64,000 bases of DNA, taken from the NCBI GenBank assembly GCA_965246885.1, contig OZ251992.1, positions 1,984,001 to 2,048,000 of the forward strand, given 5' to 3'. The DNA comes from Abditibacterium sp. (GTDB taxonomy: Bacteria > Armatimonadota > Abditibacteriia > Abditibacteriales > Abditibacteriaceae). Under the pieces are notes generated by a model. The model worked only from the letters and a program-made list of their open reading frames with translations. It did not search any database and was not told the DNA's origin. Position numbers and translations under genes: made by a program. Numbering within the stretch: the stretch's first letter is position 1; every line of letters begins with the position of its first letter. This document shows, in pieces, positions 41,101 through 50,218 of this stretch.

Positions 41101-41677
41101 CCCCCGACGATTCGAGGCAGCTTTCCAACCCCACAGCCGCCACGTCATCGGGGGTAGCCGCCGCAGACAGGGCGCGCGACAACTCTTGCAAGCGCAACGC
41201 GAAGCGGCTGGTGCGTTGCTCGCGCTCCAAGAGCGCGCCAATCTCGTCGCGGGCGCGGCGCTCTTGCGACAAATCGAAGGCAAACGAAATGACCGCGTCG
41301 CCATCGGGAAGCGCAATGGGCGCCACTTCGACCCGAATGGGCACGCGCTCGCCATCGGCGCGCAGTACCGCCGCTTCGTAGGTGGTGGGGCGCGAGTAGA
41401 ACCCTCCCGTTGCGCGGCCTTGCGCGTGGCGCGCGATCTCTTCGCGCGCGGCGGGCGCCAAGAAGTCGTTCGCCACTCGCCCAACAACGTCATTTACGCC
41501 CACAAGCGCAGTGAGAGCCGGGTTGCCATAAATGATCACGCCGCCGCGCGTGATGGCAACCGCAAGAGGCGCGGCATCGAACAGCGAGCGGAACCGCTTT
41601 TCCGAAGCCGCCAACACGCGCTTTTCGGCCTCGGTCGTTTCTACCGGGGATCGTTCGGGAGAATTGGAGGTAGGCAC
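38129..41677 (-). CDS. Hybrid sensor histidine kinase (PAS-GAF-PAS-PAS-GAF-HisKA-HATPase-REC)
   Basis: FLAVVSHELRTPL, NLLQNAIKFT, DTGTGI, GGLGLGL, C-terminal VVDDE...DIGMP; GTG 41677 start inferred. Confidence 0.92.
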   Translation of the reverse strand: MPTSNSPERSPVETTEAEKRVLAASEKRFRSLFDAAPLAVAITRGGVIIYGNPALTALVGVNDVVGRVANDFLAPAAREEIARHAQGRATGGFYSRPTTYEAAVLRADGERVPIRVEVAPIALPDGDAVISFAFDLSQERRARDEIGALLEREQRTSRFALRLQELSRALSAAATPDDVAAVGLESCLESSGAFAGIFVVPRDEDGATYLHLSQTRGYPPESSQGWERMNVEDKTPIAQAFRTEEPVWVGDVSEEEAIARFPVLRGAAASGSKALVALPLRLDGRVLGVMGLSFDAARDFDPVKRTFLETLAASCAQALERTRLDEASRELAQRQRESLALLNTLLDSAPVGFGLFDRAHRYVLVNAEMARINSLTVTAHLGRSTSDLFPTLGPTVEVMLEEVWQSGVPSHLQDFTEGTPDNPATFRHCTMGLYPVRVGGTDSGDMMGVGAILIEQTDRVRGQVERERLFAQLETERARFEAILQQMPSGVVIAEAPSGRLILGNDQVAQVWGHPYRSVQSTEEYSPAYRGFHLDGRPLEGHEWPLARAVQSGEVVRGEEFVIERGGGDLGVIRINAAPIRDSDGHITAAVAVFDNVTGRARAAEAQRLLAEVGSVLVAALDEDEIFNAVAQKCVPRFADWCIIAVPDADGLLQHVAIAHPQETAQADLAARLRELLQSDPQLPWNVSATLAAGRATLYPSGYLGAPDALPVSAAYRALIAEMDVQSAIVAPLAARERVVGVMLWLACNPKLPFDGDTLELAEELGRRLALTADNARLLQEAQIARDQAQQSLEEAEDARDLARRARDDAQAANRAKDEFLAVVSHELRTPLTPILGWLELLRSAEADEKLRTQAYDVIERNALAQAQLVNDILDVSRITTGKLRLELANISFDELVRRQVESLRTVWSDKRLAVEVEAQPETWVRGDAARLGQVVWNLLQNAIKFTPAGGHIRVVLAQENGQARLEVRDTGTGIDAELLSHLFERFRQGDSSSTRKTGGLGLGLSIVKHIVQLHGGHAGADSAGRGQGATVWVEIPLLAEGEAPDAPPLMEQLRPLEGRLKGVRLLVVDDEPDTREMLARLLEEAGANIRLAGTGKAALEIVAQFAPDALVSDIGMPDMDGLELRRELLARGFTLPAVALTAYASGEDQTRALEAGFERHLSKPVGALELVETVAGLLHKP

Positions 41678-41765
41678 GGGAGTTAAGTCTGCAGGGAACG
41701 GCAGTTTTTCGCCGACAAAGTTCTCGCGGGGCGCGCTTGGCGGGGCGCGCGGGCAAACTCCCGGC

Positions 41766-42686
41766 GTGCTTGCTATTTTGTGGGAGGTCATTGCGCCCAT
41801 CTTTGCCCTTGTCGGGTTGGGCTATGCGGTGCAAAAGCGGGTGGGACTCGATTTGCCCACGCTCACACGGCTGAACTTTTGGATGTTCGTCCCCGCTTTT
41901 CTGTGGGTGCACATCTTCGAGTCCACGCTCGACTGGCTCCAATTGCGCGCTATTTTGCTCCATTTTGCCATCTTCTTCCCACTATTGGGCGCCATCGGGT
42001 GGTGGGGGGCGCGCTTCGTCCAGCCGTCCGATCGCCTCCGCCGGGCCATCACCGCCTCGGTGCTATTTTACAATTCCGGCAACTACGGCATCCCCGTCGC
42101 TCAATTGGCCTTTCCCGGCCAACTGTTGCCGCTCCAAATCCAAGCGGCGATCGTAATGCTGCAAAACACCGCGAATTTTTCGGTTGGCTTAGTATTGCTG
42201 GCGGGCGGACGCGGTGGCAGACGGCGCGACACGCTTGGCGCCATCTTCAAACTGCCGATGGTGTACGTCTTGGTCGGGGCGTGGACGCTCCGCGCGCTCC
42301 ATTTGGCGCCGCCGCGTCCGGTCACTACGGCATTGCACTGGCTCGCGGACGCGCTTGTGCCGGTTGCGGTTTGCACTCTGGGCGCGCAAATGGCGGGGCT
42401 AAAGGTGCCCCGCCTGAACGCGCCTTTGTGTCTGTCCTTGGGGTTGCGTCTGCTCGTGGCGCCCCTGCTGGGCTTTGCGGTTGTGCGCGGCTTGGGCTTG
42501 CACGGGACACTGGCGCAATCGCTCACGCTTTCGACGGCGTTTCCGACGGCTGTCAACTCGGCCCTGCTCGCGTTGGAGTTCGATAACGAGCCGGAGTTTG
42601 CGGCGGCGGCGGTGTTTTATTCGACGCTGTTCTCGACGCTCAGCGTGTCGTTCGTGATTTGGGCGCTCCGGGCGGCGGCGATTTAA
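41766..42686 (+). CDS. AEC-family (auxin efflux carrier-like) transporter
   Basis: YNSGNYGIP, LGAQ, LRLLVAP, PTAVN motifs, ~10 TM; GTG start. Confidence 0.88.
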   Translation: MLAILWEVIAPIFALVGLGYAVQKRVGLDLPTLTRLNFWMFVPAFLWVHIFESTLDWLQLRAILLHFAIFFPLLGAIGWWGARFVQPSDRLRRAITASVLFYNSGNYGIPVAQLAFPGQLLPLQIQAAIVMLQNTANFSVGLVLLAGGRGGRRRDTLGAIFKLPMVYVLVGAWTLRALHLAPPRPVTTALHWLADALVPVAVCTLGAQMAGLKVPRLNAPLCLSLGLRLLVAPLLGFAVVRGLGLHGTLAQSLTLSTAFPTAVNSALLALEFDNEPEFAAAAVFYSTLFSTLSVSFVIWALRAAAI

Positions 42687-43024
42687 AGGAGGTGTTTGAC
42701 GATGTAAACACCAAGGTAAAACGCCGCACCTATAGCAGACGCGCCGGCGCACTGCATTGCGGCCAACGGCGAATGGCTGCGCAGAAGGGCCGCATAAACG
42801 AACCCAAACGGCGGCGCGACGAGCGCGGCGACGCGAAGCGCGGAGGAAAGAGGACGATTCGCGGGACGGTTGCATTTCAGGCAGACGGCCTCGCGCGGCG
42901 CGGCGTAAAAGGTATTGCCGCAGAACGAGCACTTGACTCCCACCAAGCGCTCTGCAGCGCGAGAGCGAGATGCACGAGCGGAAGAACGGGAGGAGCGTTG
43001 AGACGTAGAAAAGGGTGAGTTCAT
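42683..43024 (-). CDS. Hypothetical zinc-ribbon membrane protein
   Basis: CSFC...CLKC followed by two hydrophobic helices; TTGTCA-N18-GATAAT upstream. Confidence 0.6.
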   Translation of the reverse strand: MNSPFSTSQRSSRSSARASRSRAAERLVGVKCSFCGNTFYAAPREAVCLKCNRPANRPLSSALRVAALVAPPFGFVYAALLRSHSPLAAMQCAGASAIGAAFYLGVYIVKHLL

Positions 43025-43186
43025 CGGGTGGGGCGAAAGCGGTAGGGGATGATGCGAAAAGGGTAGCTCTTCAACGACTGCTTGATAAACGAGTTGCGCG
43101 CTACCATTAATGGCATTATCCCACGATGGTAGTCCTTCTGACAAGGCAATTTATGAAGGGTTGCGCTATGACCGTTTGTTCCCTGC

Positions 43187-43930
43187 TCACAACGGGCCTT
43201 GTCCGTCCTGCCCTTGGAGTTTGTGCCACTCTTCCTCGTTGACGCCCAAGGAAGTCAGCAGGGCGTGGTTGTGTTCTTCGCGCGCCAGATTTCTCATCTC
43301 CCCCGTCTCCACATAATATACCTGCTCAGCGATGTTGGTGGCGTGATCGGCGACCCGTTCAAGCGCGCGCGCCACAAGCAGAAAGCGCGTAGCGGATTCG
43401 ACGCGACTCGAATCCGCGCGCATCAGGTTGATCATGTCGCGCTGTGTTACGTCGCAGAGGTCGTCAACGGCGTCGTCGTCGCGGGCAACTTGCACCGCCA
43501 TCTGCGTATCGTGCTGCACGAACGCTTGCAGGGAATCGCACACCATCTTGCGCGCCAATTCGGACAGTTCGCGCAAGGCGGCGGGGGGGCGGCGTTGCCC
43601 GGCCAAGGCACGCGTGACTTTGGCGATGTCGCTCGCATGGTCGCCGATGCGCTCCAAGTCAATGACGATCTTTAGGCACGAGGCGATAAAGCGTAGGTCG
43701 CGCGCCATTGGTTGCTGCAATGCCAAAAGCTGCGTCGCGCGCGCTTGGATGCCAAAGGTCATGTCGTCGGCGAAGTCGTCGTCGGCAATAACTTGCTTGG
43801 CGAGGGGCAGGTCGCCTCGCACGAGCGAGTCCATCGCTTTGCCGTGCGCTTCCTCGACGAAGCGGCCCAAGCGCAACAAATCCTCTTGGAGTTCAGAGAG
43901 TTGCTCTTCAAAGTTGCGGCGGATAATCAT
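43187..43930 (-). CDS. phoU: Phosphate signalling protein PhoU
   Basis: QPMARDLR, DLERIGDH, LERVADHATNIAE. Confidence 0.95.
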   Translation of the reverse strand: MIIRRNFEEQLSELQEDLLRLGRFVEEAHGKAMDSLVRGDLPLAKQVIADDDFADDMTFGIQARATQLLALQQPMARDLRFIASCLKIVIDLERIGDHASDIAKVTRALAGQRRPPAALRELSELARKMVCDSLQAFVQHDTQMAVQVARDDDAVDDLCDVTQRDMINLMRADSSRVESATRFLLVARALERVADHATNIAEQVYYVETGEMRNLAREEHNHALLTSLGVNEEEWHKLQGQDGQGPL

Positions 43931-43963
43931 GGAGGGGAGTCTGACACTGCAAGCCGAGAGCGT

Positions 43964-44884
43964 TTACCCAAAACGGCCCGTGATGTAATCCTCGGTGCGC
44001 TTATCCGAGGGATCGGTGAACATCTTGGAACTGGAATCCATCTCCACCAGTTCGCCGAGCAGGAAGAAGGCGGTCTTGTCGGAGCAACGCGCGGCCTGCT
44101 GCATGTTGTGCGTCACGATGACGATGGTGTACTGCGAGCGCAGTTCGCGCATTAGCTCCTCAATTTTCAGCGTGGAGATGGGGTCGAGCGCGGAGCACGG
44201 CTCGTCCATCAGCACGACTTCGGGCTTGGTAGCCAAGGCGCGCGCGATGCACAAGCGCTGCTGCTGGCCGCCCGACAAGCCGAGCGCGGATTTCTTCAGG
44301 TCGTCCTTGACTTCGCCCCACAGTGCCGCGCCCACGAGCGACTCTTCGATGATGTCCACGAGCGCCGAATGGTTGCGGATGCCGCGCAAGCGCGGGCCAT
44401 ACGCGATGTTGTCCCAGATGCTCATCGAGAACGGGTTGGGCTTTTGGAACACCATGCCGACGCGCTGGCGCAGTTGCACCACGTCCACACCGCGCGCGTA
44501 GATGTCCTCGTTCTCAAGCCGGATGTCGCCGGTAATTTTGCAATTCTCGATGAGGTCGTTCATCCGGTTGAGGCACCGCAAAAACGTGGACTTGCCACAC
44601 CCGGAGGGGCCAATCAGCGCGGTGATGGTCTTTTCGGGAAACACGGCGCTGACGTTTTTGAGCGCCTGCTTGGGGCCATAGTGCAGGTTGACGGTGGTCG
44701 CCGTCATTTTTGTAGCGGCATTGGTGGGCGCTTGTCCGGCGTTTTCGCGGGCGCTCACGGCGACCGATTGGTTCATGGCGCGGTCGGCGGCAGTTCCATT
44801 TTGCACGCCCGCCGCGATGTTGGGTTTAGGTTCGGCCACAGGTTGTTCCCCTTGGGTTTTGTTGGATTTTGTCGAAGCCAGCAT
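43964..44884 (-). CDS. pstB: Phosphate ABC transporter ATP-binding protein
   Basis: [36 protein letters not shown]. Confidence 0.96.
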   Translation of the reverse strand: MLASTKSNKTQGEQPVAEPKPNIAAGVQNGTAADRAMNQSVAVSARENAGQAPTNAATKMTATTVNLHYGPKQALKNVSAVFPEKTITALIGPSGCGKSTFLRCLNRMNDLIENCKITGDIRLENEDIYARGVDVVQLRQRVGMVFQKPNPFSMSIWDNIAYGPRLRGIRNHSALVDIIEESLVGAALWGEVKDDLKKSALGLSGGQQQRLCIARALATKPEVVLMDEPCSALDPISTLKIEELMRELRSQYTIVIVTHNMQQAARCSDKTAFFLLGELVEMDSSSKMFTDPSDKRTEDYITGRFG

Positions 44885-44947
44885 CGGGTTCCTCCCAAGC
44901 GCCTTCCCGCGCCCGGTTGTTCCTTGAGTTAACCGCTTTTTGGCAAC

Positions 44948-45865
44948 TCACGGGTTTCGTGCGCGCGTGGCATAGCGGGCCAGAACGGACAACACGAAGA
45001 TCATCGCCACGAGGACGAACGCGCCGCCCCACGCCAACGCCTGCCAGCGCGTGTCCGGCGAGGCGTATGAGATGTAAATCCGATACGGCAGCGAGTCCGT
45101 CTGCTTGTTTGGGTTGAGATTAAAATACAGCGAGCTGCCCGCCGTAAAGAGGAGCGGCGCCGTTTCGCCGGAAATGCGCGCAATGGCCAGCAACACGCCC
45201 GTCACCACGCCGCCTTTGGCCGTGCCCAGCACGATTTTAAGCGTCGAATGCCAGCGCGTGTCGCCCAGCGCCAGCGCCCCTTCGCGCAGCGACTGCGGCA
45301 CCAAGCGCACGATCTCCTCGGTGGTGCGCATCACCGTAGGAATCATCATGATCCCCAACGCGAGGCCCCCCGCCCACGCCGAAAAGCGAATTGGCTCCGG
45401 CCAGTTTTCCGTCGCTTTGGCGACGGGCAGAACCGCGATGGTGTACACGAACACGCCGATAATGATGGACGGCACCCCATTGAGCACGTCGGTCGCAAAA
45501 CGCACCCAAAAGCCAAAACGGTTCTGCCCGAACTCCGACAGGTAAATGCCGCCCAAAATCCCGACCGGAAGCCCGATGCACGACGCGAGGGCCACGATCA
45601 TCATCGTCCCGACGATGGACTGCTTCAGTCCGCCGCCCGGATCGCCCGCCGGACGCTGAACTTGCGTGAAGAACTCCAGATTCATCACCTGTAAGCCCCG
45701 TACCGTCACGTAGTACAACACCAAAAACAGCGGAATGACCGCCATCAGCGTCGCCAAACCGCACATCACGCGCATGGTCAGGTCTTTCGACTTGCGCCAC
45801 GCTTTGAACCCGCTCGACATCGCTGGCAAAGGGCGCACGTGGCTTTGGGGAAAAGTAGGGTTCAT
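44948..45865 (-). CDS. pstA: Phosphate ABC transporter permease
   Basis: GVPSIIIG, LREGALALG, ARISGETAPL. Confidence 0.94.
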   Translation of the reverse strand: MNPTFPQSHVRPLPAMSSGFKAWRKSKDLTMRVMCGLATLMAVIPLFLVLYYVTVRGLQVMNLEFFTQVQRPAGDPGGGLKQSIVGTMMIVALASCIGLPVGILGGIYLSEFGQNRFGFWVRFATDVLNGVPSIIIGVFVYTIAVLPVAKATENWPEPIRFSAWAGGLALGIMMIPTVMRTTEEIVRLVPQSLREGALALGDTRWHSTLKIVLGTAKGGVVTGVLLAIARISGETAPLLFTAGSSLYFNLNPNKQTDSLPYRIYISYASPDTRWQALAWGGAFVLVAMIFVLSVLARYATRARNP

Positions 45866-45874
45866 GGGTGGGGC

Positions 45875-46873
45875 CTAAGCGCGCACGCTCCCTTGCACTT
45901 GACGGCTCATGTTCCAAATCAACAAGCGCGCGACCGCGTTCACGACGATGGTGATGCCGAACAGCACAAGCGCCAGATACATCAGCGCCGATTGCTGCCC
46001 GCCCGACGCTTCGGCGAACTCGTTGGCCAGCTTGGAGCTAAGCGTCGCGCCCGCTTCCAGAAGCGACATGTTGGCGACGTTGGAGTTGCCAATCACCATC
46101 GTGATCGCCATCGTTTCGCCCAGCGCGCGCGCCAAGCCCAAAATGACCGCGCCGATGATGCCCGACCGCGCGGTGCGAAAGATGGGGCCGCGAATCGCTT
46201 CCCAGTGCGTCGAACCCAAGCCAAAGGCCGCTTCGCGCTGCGTGGCCGGGACGGCCCGAATGACTTCGCGCGACACCGCCGAAATGAACGGCAATATCAT
46301 GATCGCCAACACTAAGCCCCCCGCCATCATCGAGTAACCGTGCGGCGTTCCGGTAAAAAAACCACCCACGACGGGCAACTTCGACCAATGGGCGCCCATC
46401 CACTCCTGCGCCGGTTGCAACGCCGGGATCAAGACGAAACGCCCCCACAAACCGTAGACAACCGACGGCACCGCCGCCAGCAAATCCACCATGAAGCCGA
46501 GCGGCGTGCGAATCCACTTGGGCGCCAACTCCGCCAAAAACACGGCGGTGCCTACGCCAATGGGAACAGCCAACAAAAGCGCCAGAAACGACGACATCAG
46601 CGTGCCATAAATGTAAGGCCACGCGCCGTAGGTGTTGGGATTGATGGCCGCATCCTCGCTGTTCCACAGCGAAGACGTGAGGAAGTTGGCGCCGAACTGC
46701 GCGATGGAAGGCCGGGCCTGCGCGTAAAGTTGCACGCCCAGCCACAGCACCAGCCCCAGCACCAGCGCGGAAAAAGCAAGCGTTGACCAGTAGAAAATCC
46801 CGTCAGCCACGCGCGAATCAAAGGCGCGTTCGCGCTTAAACAACGAGCGGTGGGGCGGCAGTGGAGCAGTCAT
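45875..46873 (-). CDS. pstC: Phosphate ABC transporter permease
   Basis: LAAVPSVVYGLWG, REAAFGLGST.WE, RALGETMA. Confidence 0.94.
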   Translation of the reverse strand: MTAPLPPHRSLFKRERAFDSRVADGIFYWSTLAFSALVLGLVLWLGVQLYAQARPSIAQFGANFLTSSLWNSEDAAINPNTYGAWPYIYGTLMSSFLALLLAVPIGVGTAVFLAELAPKWIRTPLGFMVDLLAAVPSVVYGLWGRFVLIPALQPAQEWMGAHWSKLPVVGGFFTGTPHGYSMMAGGLVLAIMILPFISAVSREVIRAVPATQREAAFGLGSTHWEAIRGPIFRTARSGIIGAVILGLARALGETMAITMVIGNSNVANMSLLEAGATLSSKLANEFAEASGGQQSALMYLALVLFGITIVVNAVARLLIWNMSRQVQGSVRA

Positions 46874-46899
46874 GGCAAAAGACAAAGATGGAAAGGAGT

Positions 46900-46928
46900 G
46901 GTGGGGCGGACACCGTGTCCGCCCTACC
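46900..46928 (-). repeat. Single GTAG-type REP-like hairpin between pstS and pstC
   Basis: Minus strand GGTAGGGCGGACAC-G-GTGTCCGCCCCACC. Confidence 0.65.
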
Positions 46929-46940
46929 AGTTGGCGGCGC

Positions 46941-48077
46941 TTATTTCAAGCCGTCAATGACTTTCAAGTTGGCGTCGGCGACGGCTTTGGGAAGCGGGGC
47001 GTAGTTGAGCGCGGTCGCGTCCTTTTGGCCGTCGGTCATGGCCCACTTCAAGAACTCCTTGAGCGCGGCGCCTTTGGTCGGGTTCTTGGCGTTTTGATAC
47101 GCCAGAACGTAAGTGAAGCCCGACACGGGATAGGATTTGGCCCCTGCCGCGTTGACAATCAGCGCGGTCGGGCTTTTCAACAGGGCATCGCTGGAGCCTT
47201 CGGCAGCAGCAGCAGCACCGTCCACGCTTGGCCCGACGAATTGCCCGTCCTTGTTTTTGACGGCAAGGGTCGAGAGCTTGGCTTTGGTGGCATATGCGAG
47301 TTCGATATAGCCGATGCAGCCGGGGGTGCTGCTGATGGTGGTGGTCACGGCGTCCGAACCTTTGCCCGCCAAGCCTTGAACGGGCCAAGTGACGGACTTA
47401 CCGGCGCCGACCTTGGTCTTCCATTCCGGAGACACTGCCGCGAGGAAGTTGGTGAAAATGTAGCTCGTGCCCGAACCGTCGGAGCGGTGCGCGATGGTGA
47501 TAGGCGTGGCGGGAAGGGTGGCGCCGGGGTTAGCGGCAGCGATCTTGGGGTCGTTCCACTTGGTGACTTTGCCCAAGAAGACGTCGGCGAGGGTGTCGCC
47601 ACTCATCTTCAGGTCTTTGGGCGCGCCGGGCACATTGTAAGCGAGGGCGACGGGGCCGCCGACGGTGGGGATGACCACGATGGGGCCGGGCATCTTCGCG
47701 GTTTCGTCGGGCTTGGGAGGAGCGTCGGAAGCGCCGAAGTCAACGGTTTGGGCCGTCAACGCTTTGATGCCCGCGCCGGAACCAACGGCTTGATAGTCAA
47801 TCTGGGTGCCTTTGGCCGTCTTGTATTCGTCGAACCAGCGCGTATAAAGGAGCGCCGGGAACGTCGCGCCGCTTCCGGTGAGGGCTGCGCCCGAACCCGC
47901 CGAAGTGGTGGTTGAAGCCGTGTTGCCGGTCGTAGCGGAGGTGTTTCCGGTCGCGGGTTTGGGCGCTGCTGTATTGGAATCGGTGGCTGTGTTGGTGTCG
48001 CCGCCGTTGCCGCAACCAGCCAAAGCCGCCGCGAAGCACAAGGTGGTGCCGGTGAAAAGGAGTCGTTGGAATTTCAT
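46941..48077 (-). CDS. pstS: Phosphate-binding lipoprotein PstS (copy 1)
   Basis: Lipobox LAG-C, Thr-rich linker, GSGATFP, GSGAG, DFGASD, HRSDGSGT. Confidence 0.95.
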   Translation of the reverse strand: MKFQRLLFTGTTLCFAAALAGCGNGGDTNTATDSNTAAPKPATGNTSATTGNTASTTTSAGSGAALTGSGATFPALLYTRWFDEYKTAKGTQIDYQAVGSGAGIKALTAQTVDFGASDAPPKPDETAKMPGPIVVIPTVGGPVALAYNVPGAPKDLKMSGDTLADVFLGKVTKWNDPKIAAANPGATLPATPITIAHRSDGSGTSYIFTNFLAAVSPEWKTKVGAGKSVTWPVQGLAGKGSDAVTTTISSTPGCIGYIELAYATKAKLSTLAVKNKDGQFVGPSVDGAAAAAEGSSDALLKSPTALIVNAAGAKSYPVSGFTYVLAYQNAKNPTKGAALKEFLKWAMTDGQKDATALNYAPLPKAVADANLKVIDGLK

Positions 48078-48124
48078 AATCGGGTCGTGTGGTGCCGAAC
48101 TCGCGTCCAGTGTCGGCGCTTCAA

Positions 48125-48142
48125 TGTTAAGAGGGTGTTAAC
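48125..48142 (-). promoter_or_regulatory. Pho-box-like direct repeats upstream of pstS copy 1
   Basis: Two TTAACA units at 11-bp spacing (ttaa at 48127 and 48138). Confidence 0.7.
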
Positions 48143-48148
48143 AGCCAC

Positions 48149-48246
48149 AAAAAAAGCCAGAAGAGCAGGCGAAAAGAAGCCAAAAGGAGAAGGGCACTGC
48201 GAGCCAGTTTCCTCTTCCTCACCTCTTTTCGCCGCGTCTTCTGGCC
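48149..48246 (-). terminator. Long hairpin/terminator after pstS copy 2
   Basis: gccagaaga..ggcgaaaaga pairs with tcttttcgcc..tcttctggc; A run at 48149-48156 gives a U tract on the minus strand. Confidence 0.6.
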
Positions 48247-48259
48247 TATTAAACTCCGG

Positions 48260-49270
48260 TTACCGGAGTTTGAGCTTGTTGTTGGTAATCACAGCACGGG
48301 GAAGCGGCGCATAATAAAGCGGCGCGGCCAATTTCTGACCCGGCCCCATCGCCCAGTTGAGGAACTTCACAAGCGCCTTGCCTTTGGGCGTGTTCTTGGC
48401 GTTGGCGTAATACATGATGAACGTGTAGCCCACGATGGGATACGCGTTGCCGCCCTGATTCACCAGCGGCGAGCGCACATCGCGCGCCGTCGCCATCGAA
48501 GCGCCCTGCGCCGCCGCCATTGCCCCCGCGACCGAAGGCAACACGAACTTGCCCGAACGGTTCTTCAGCGCCGCGTAGTGCATGTGGTTGTTGATGGCAT
48601 ACGCCAACTCCACGTAACCGATGGAGCCGGGGGTTTGCTTGACCAAGTCCGCCACGCCGTCGTTGCCCTTGCCGCCCAAGCCGACGGGCCACGACACCGA
48701 CTTGCCCGCGCCATAGGTGGACTTCCACGACGGCGACACGCTCGACAAATACGTGGTGAAGATGTTGGTGGTGCCCGAACCGTCGGAGCGGTGCGCGACC
48801 GTAATAGCTTTGCCCGGCAAGCGCGCGCCGGGGTTGAGGCCCGCGATTTCCGGCGCGTTCCAACGGGTGATGCGGCCCGCGAAAATTTCGGCCAACACTG
48901 GCCCGGACAACTTCACGCCTTGCGGCGCACCATTGACGACAACGGCAACGGCACCCGCAACGGTCGGGACTTGAATGACTTTGCCCGGCATCGTCGTCAG
49001 GTCGGCGTTAGAAAGCGGAGCGTCGGACGCGCCAAAGTCCACCGTTTTGTTGCGCAGTTGCGAAATGCCGCCGCCCGAACCGATGGCCTGATAGTTGATT
49101 TGCACACCAGCCGCGCGGCCATAGGTGCTGAACCACTTCGTATAAAGCGGGTAGGGAAACGTCGCGCCCGCGCCCGACAGCGACTGCGCCGAAGCGAGCG
49201 AGGGAACCAGCGATGTGGCCGTCAACAAACCAAGCGCCAACGCGCGGCGCGAAAGAGATTTCGTGATCAT
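48260..49270 (-). CDS. pstS: Phosphate-binding protein PstS (copy 2, non-lipoprotein signal peptide with RR)
   Basis: MITKSLSRRALALG...ASA signal, GAGATFP, GSGGG, DFGASD, HRSDGSGTT. Confidence 0.94.
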   Translation of the reverse strand: MITKSLSRRALALGLLTATSLVPSLASAQSLSGAGATFPYPLYTKWFSTYGRAAGVQINYQAIGSGGGISQLRNKTVDFGASDAPLSNADLTTMPGKVIQVPTVAGAVAVVVNGAPQGVKLSGPVLAEIFAGRITRWNAPEIAGLNPGARLPGKAITVAHRSDGSGTTNIFTTYLSSVSPSWKSTYGAGKSVSWPVGLGGKGNDGVADLVKQTPGSIGYVELAYAINNHMHYAALKNRSGKFVLPSVAGAMAAAQGASMATARDVRSPLVNQGGNAYPIVGYTFIMYYANAKNTPKGKALVKFLNWAMGPGQKLAAPLYYAPLPRAVITNNKLKLR

Positions 49271-49341
49271 AGGTGTAGGTGTCCGGCCCAAGAGCCGAAG
49301 GAGTTGCGCCAGACACTTTGGCGGCGCCCCTTTATCATTGT

Positions 49342-49369
49342 ATTAAAAGGAGGTTAACAAAGGATTAAG
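49342..49369 (-). promoter_or_regulatory. Pho-box-like direct repeats upstream of pstS copy 2
   Basis: Three TTAA(C/T) units at exact 11-bp spacing (49343, 49354, 49365). Confidence 0.72.
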
Positions 49370-49445
49370 AATCTCGTCCGCCGCCGTCTGGAACGCGCCA
49401 AGGTTGTTGGCTAATCCGATGCTAAAGGGAAGCCGTTCTACCCTT

Positions 49446-50210
49446 ATGTCGTCTGCGCAAGCCCTTATTCGTCATCTCGAAGACAACTCGCTTCCTTTGC
49501 TGCAAGATGTGCTATGCGATGTTCGCGCCACCGGCGGGGCGTCGCTAAGCGGCGTTTCCGATGGCGATTTGCAAGTCGCCCTTTACACCGTTCTCCTCAA
49601 AGTCGTGGACGTTTTGCGCGACAAGGCCGGAAAAAACGACGCTATCCGCCCTGACCTGCGCGCCATCTACTTGCGCTCCGTCCGCGACATGATGAACCTG
49701 ATTGACAATCAAAGCGCTTATACCACCGGTCACACCGAGGCCGTCGTGTCGCACGTGGGCAGTATCGGTGGCATGATGGGGTTGCCCGACGCCGAAATCG
49801 AAGAGTTGGAAGTCGCGGCGTGGATACACGACCTCGGTCTTATCAACCAAAGTCCCCGGTTGGCCTCCCTTCCGCGCACCCTCACCCAGAACGAACTCAA
49901 TGGCGCCCGCCGACACACAACAGTTGGCGCCGAAATGATTCGCCCCGTCGAGTTCTTAGCCCATCTCGTGCCCGTCGTGCGCTACCACCACACCCGCTAC
50001 GACGGCCAGAACACCCCCGGCGAACCCAAAGGCGACGAACTGCCGCTTGGCGCCCGCCTCATCAACCTCGCCGACGCCTACCAAGCGATGCTGGAGCCGC
50101 GCGCTTATCGCCGCGCCCTCACTCGTACTGAAGCCCTTTCCGAACTCGAAAAAGGCGCGGGCGCCCAGTTCGACCCCAACCTCGTCCCCTTCGCCCACAA
50201 CTTAAGCTAA
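49446..50210 (+). CDS. HD-GYP-like domain protein (degenerate GYP)
   Basis: YTTGH, IHDLG, HHTRYDGQNTP, ARLINLADAY, RAYR, QFDP. Confidence 0.85.
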   Translation: MSSAQALIRHLEDNSLPLLQDVLCDVRATGGASLSGVSDGDLQVALYTVLLKVVDVLRDKAGKNDAIRPDLRAIYLRSVRDMMNLIDNQSAYTTGHTEAVVSHVGSIGGMMGLPDAEIEELEVAAWIHDLGLINQSPRLASLPRTLTQNELNGARRHTTVGAEMIRPVEFLAHLVPVVRYHHTRYDGQNTPGEPKGDELPLGARLINLADAYQAMLEPRAYRRALTRTEALSELEKGAGAQFDPNLVPFAHNLS

Positions 50211-50218
50211 CGGGCGCC

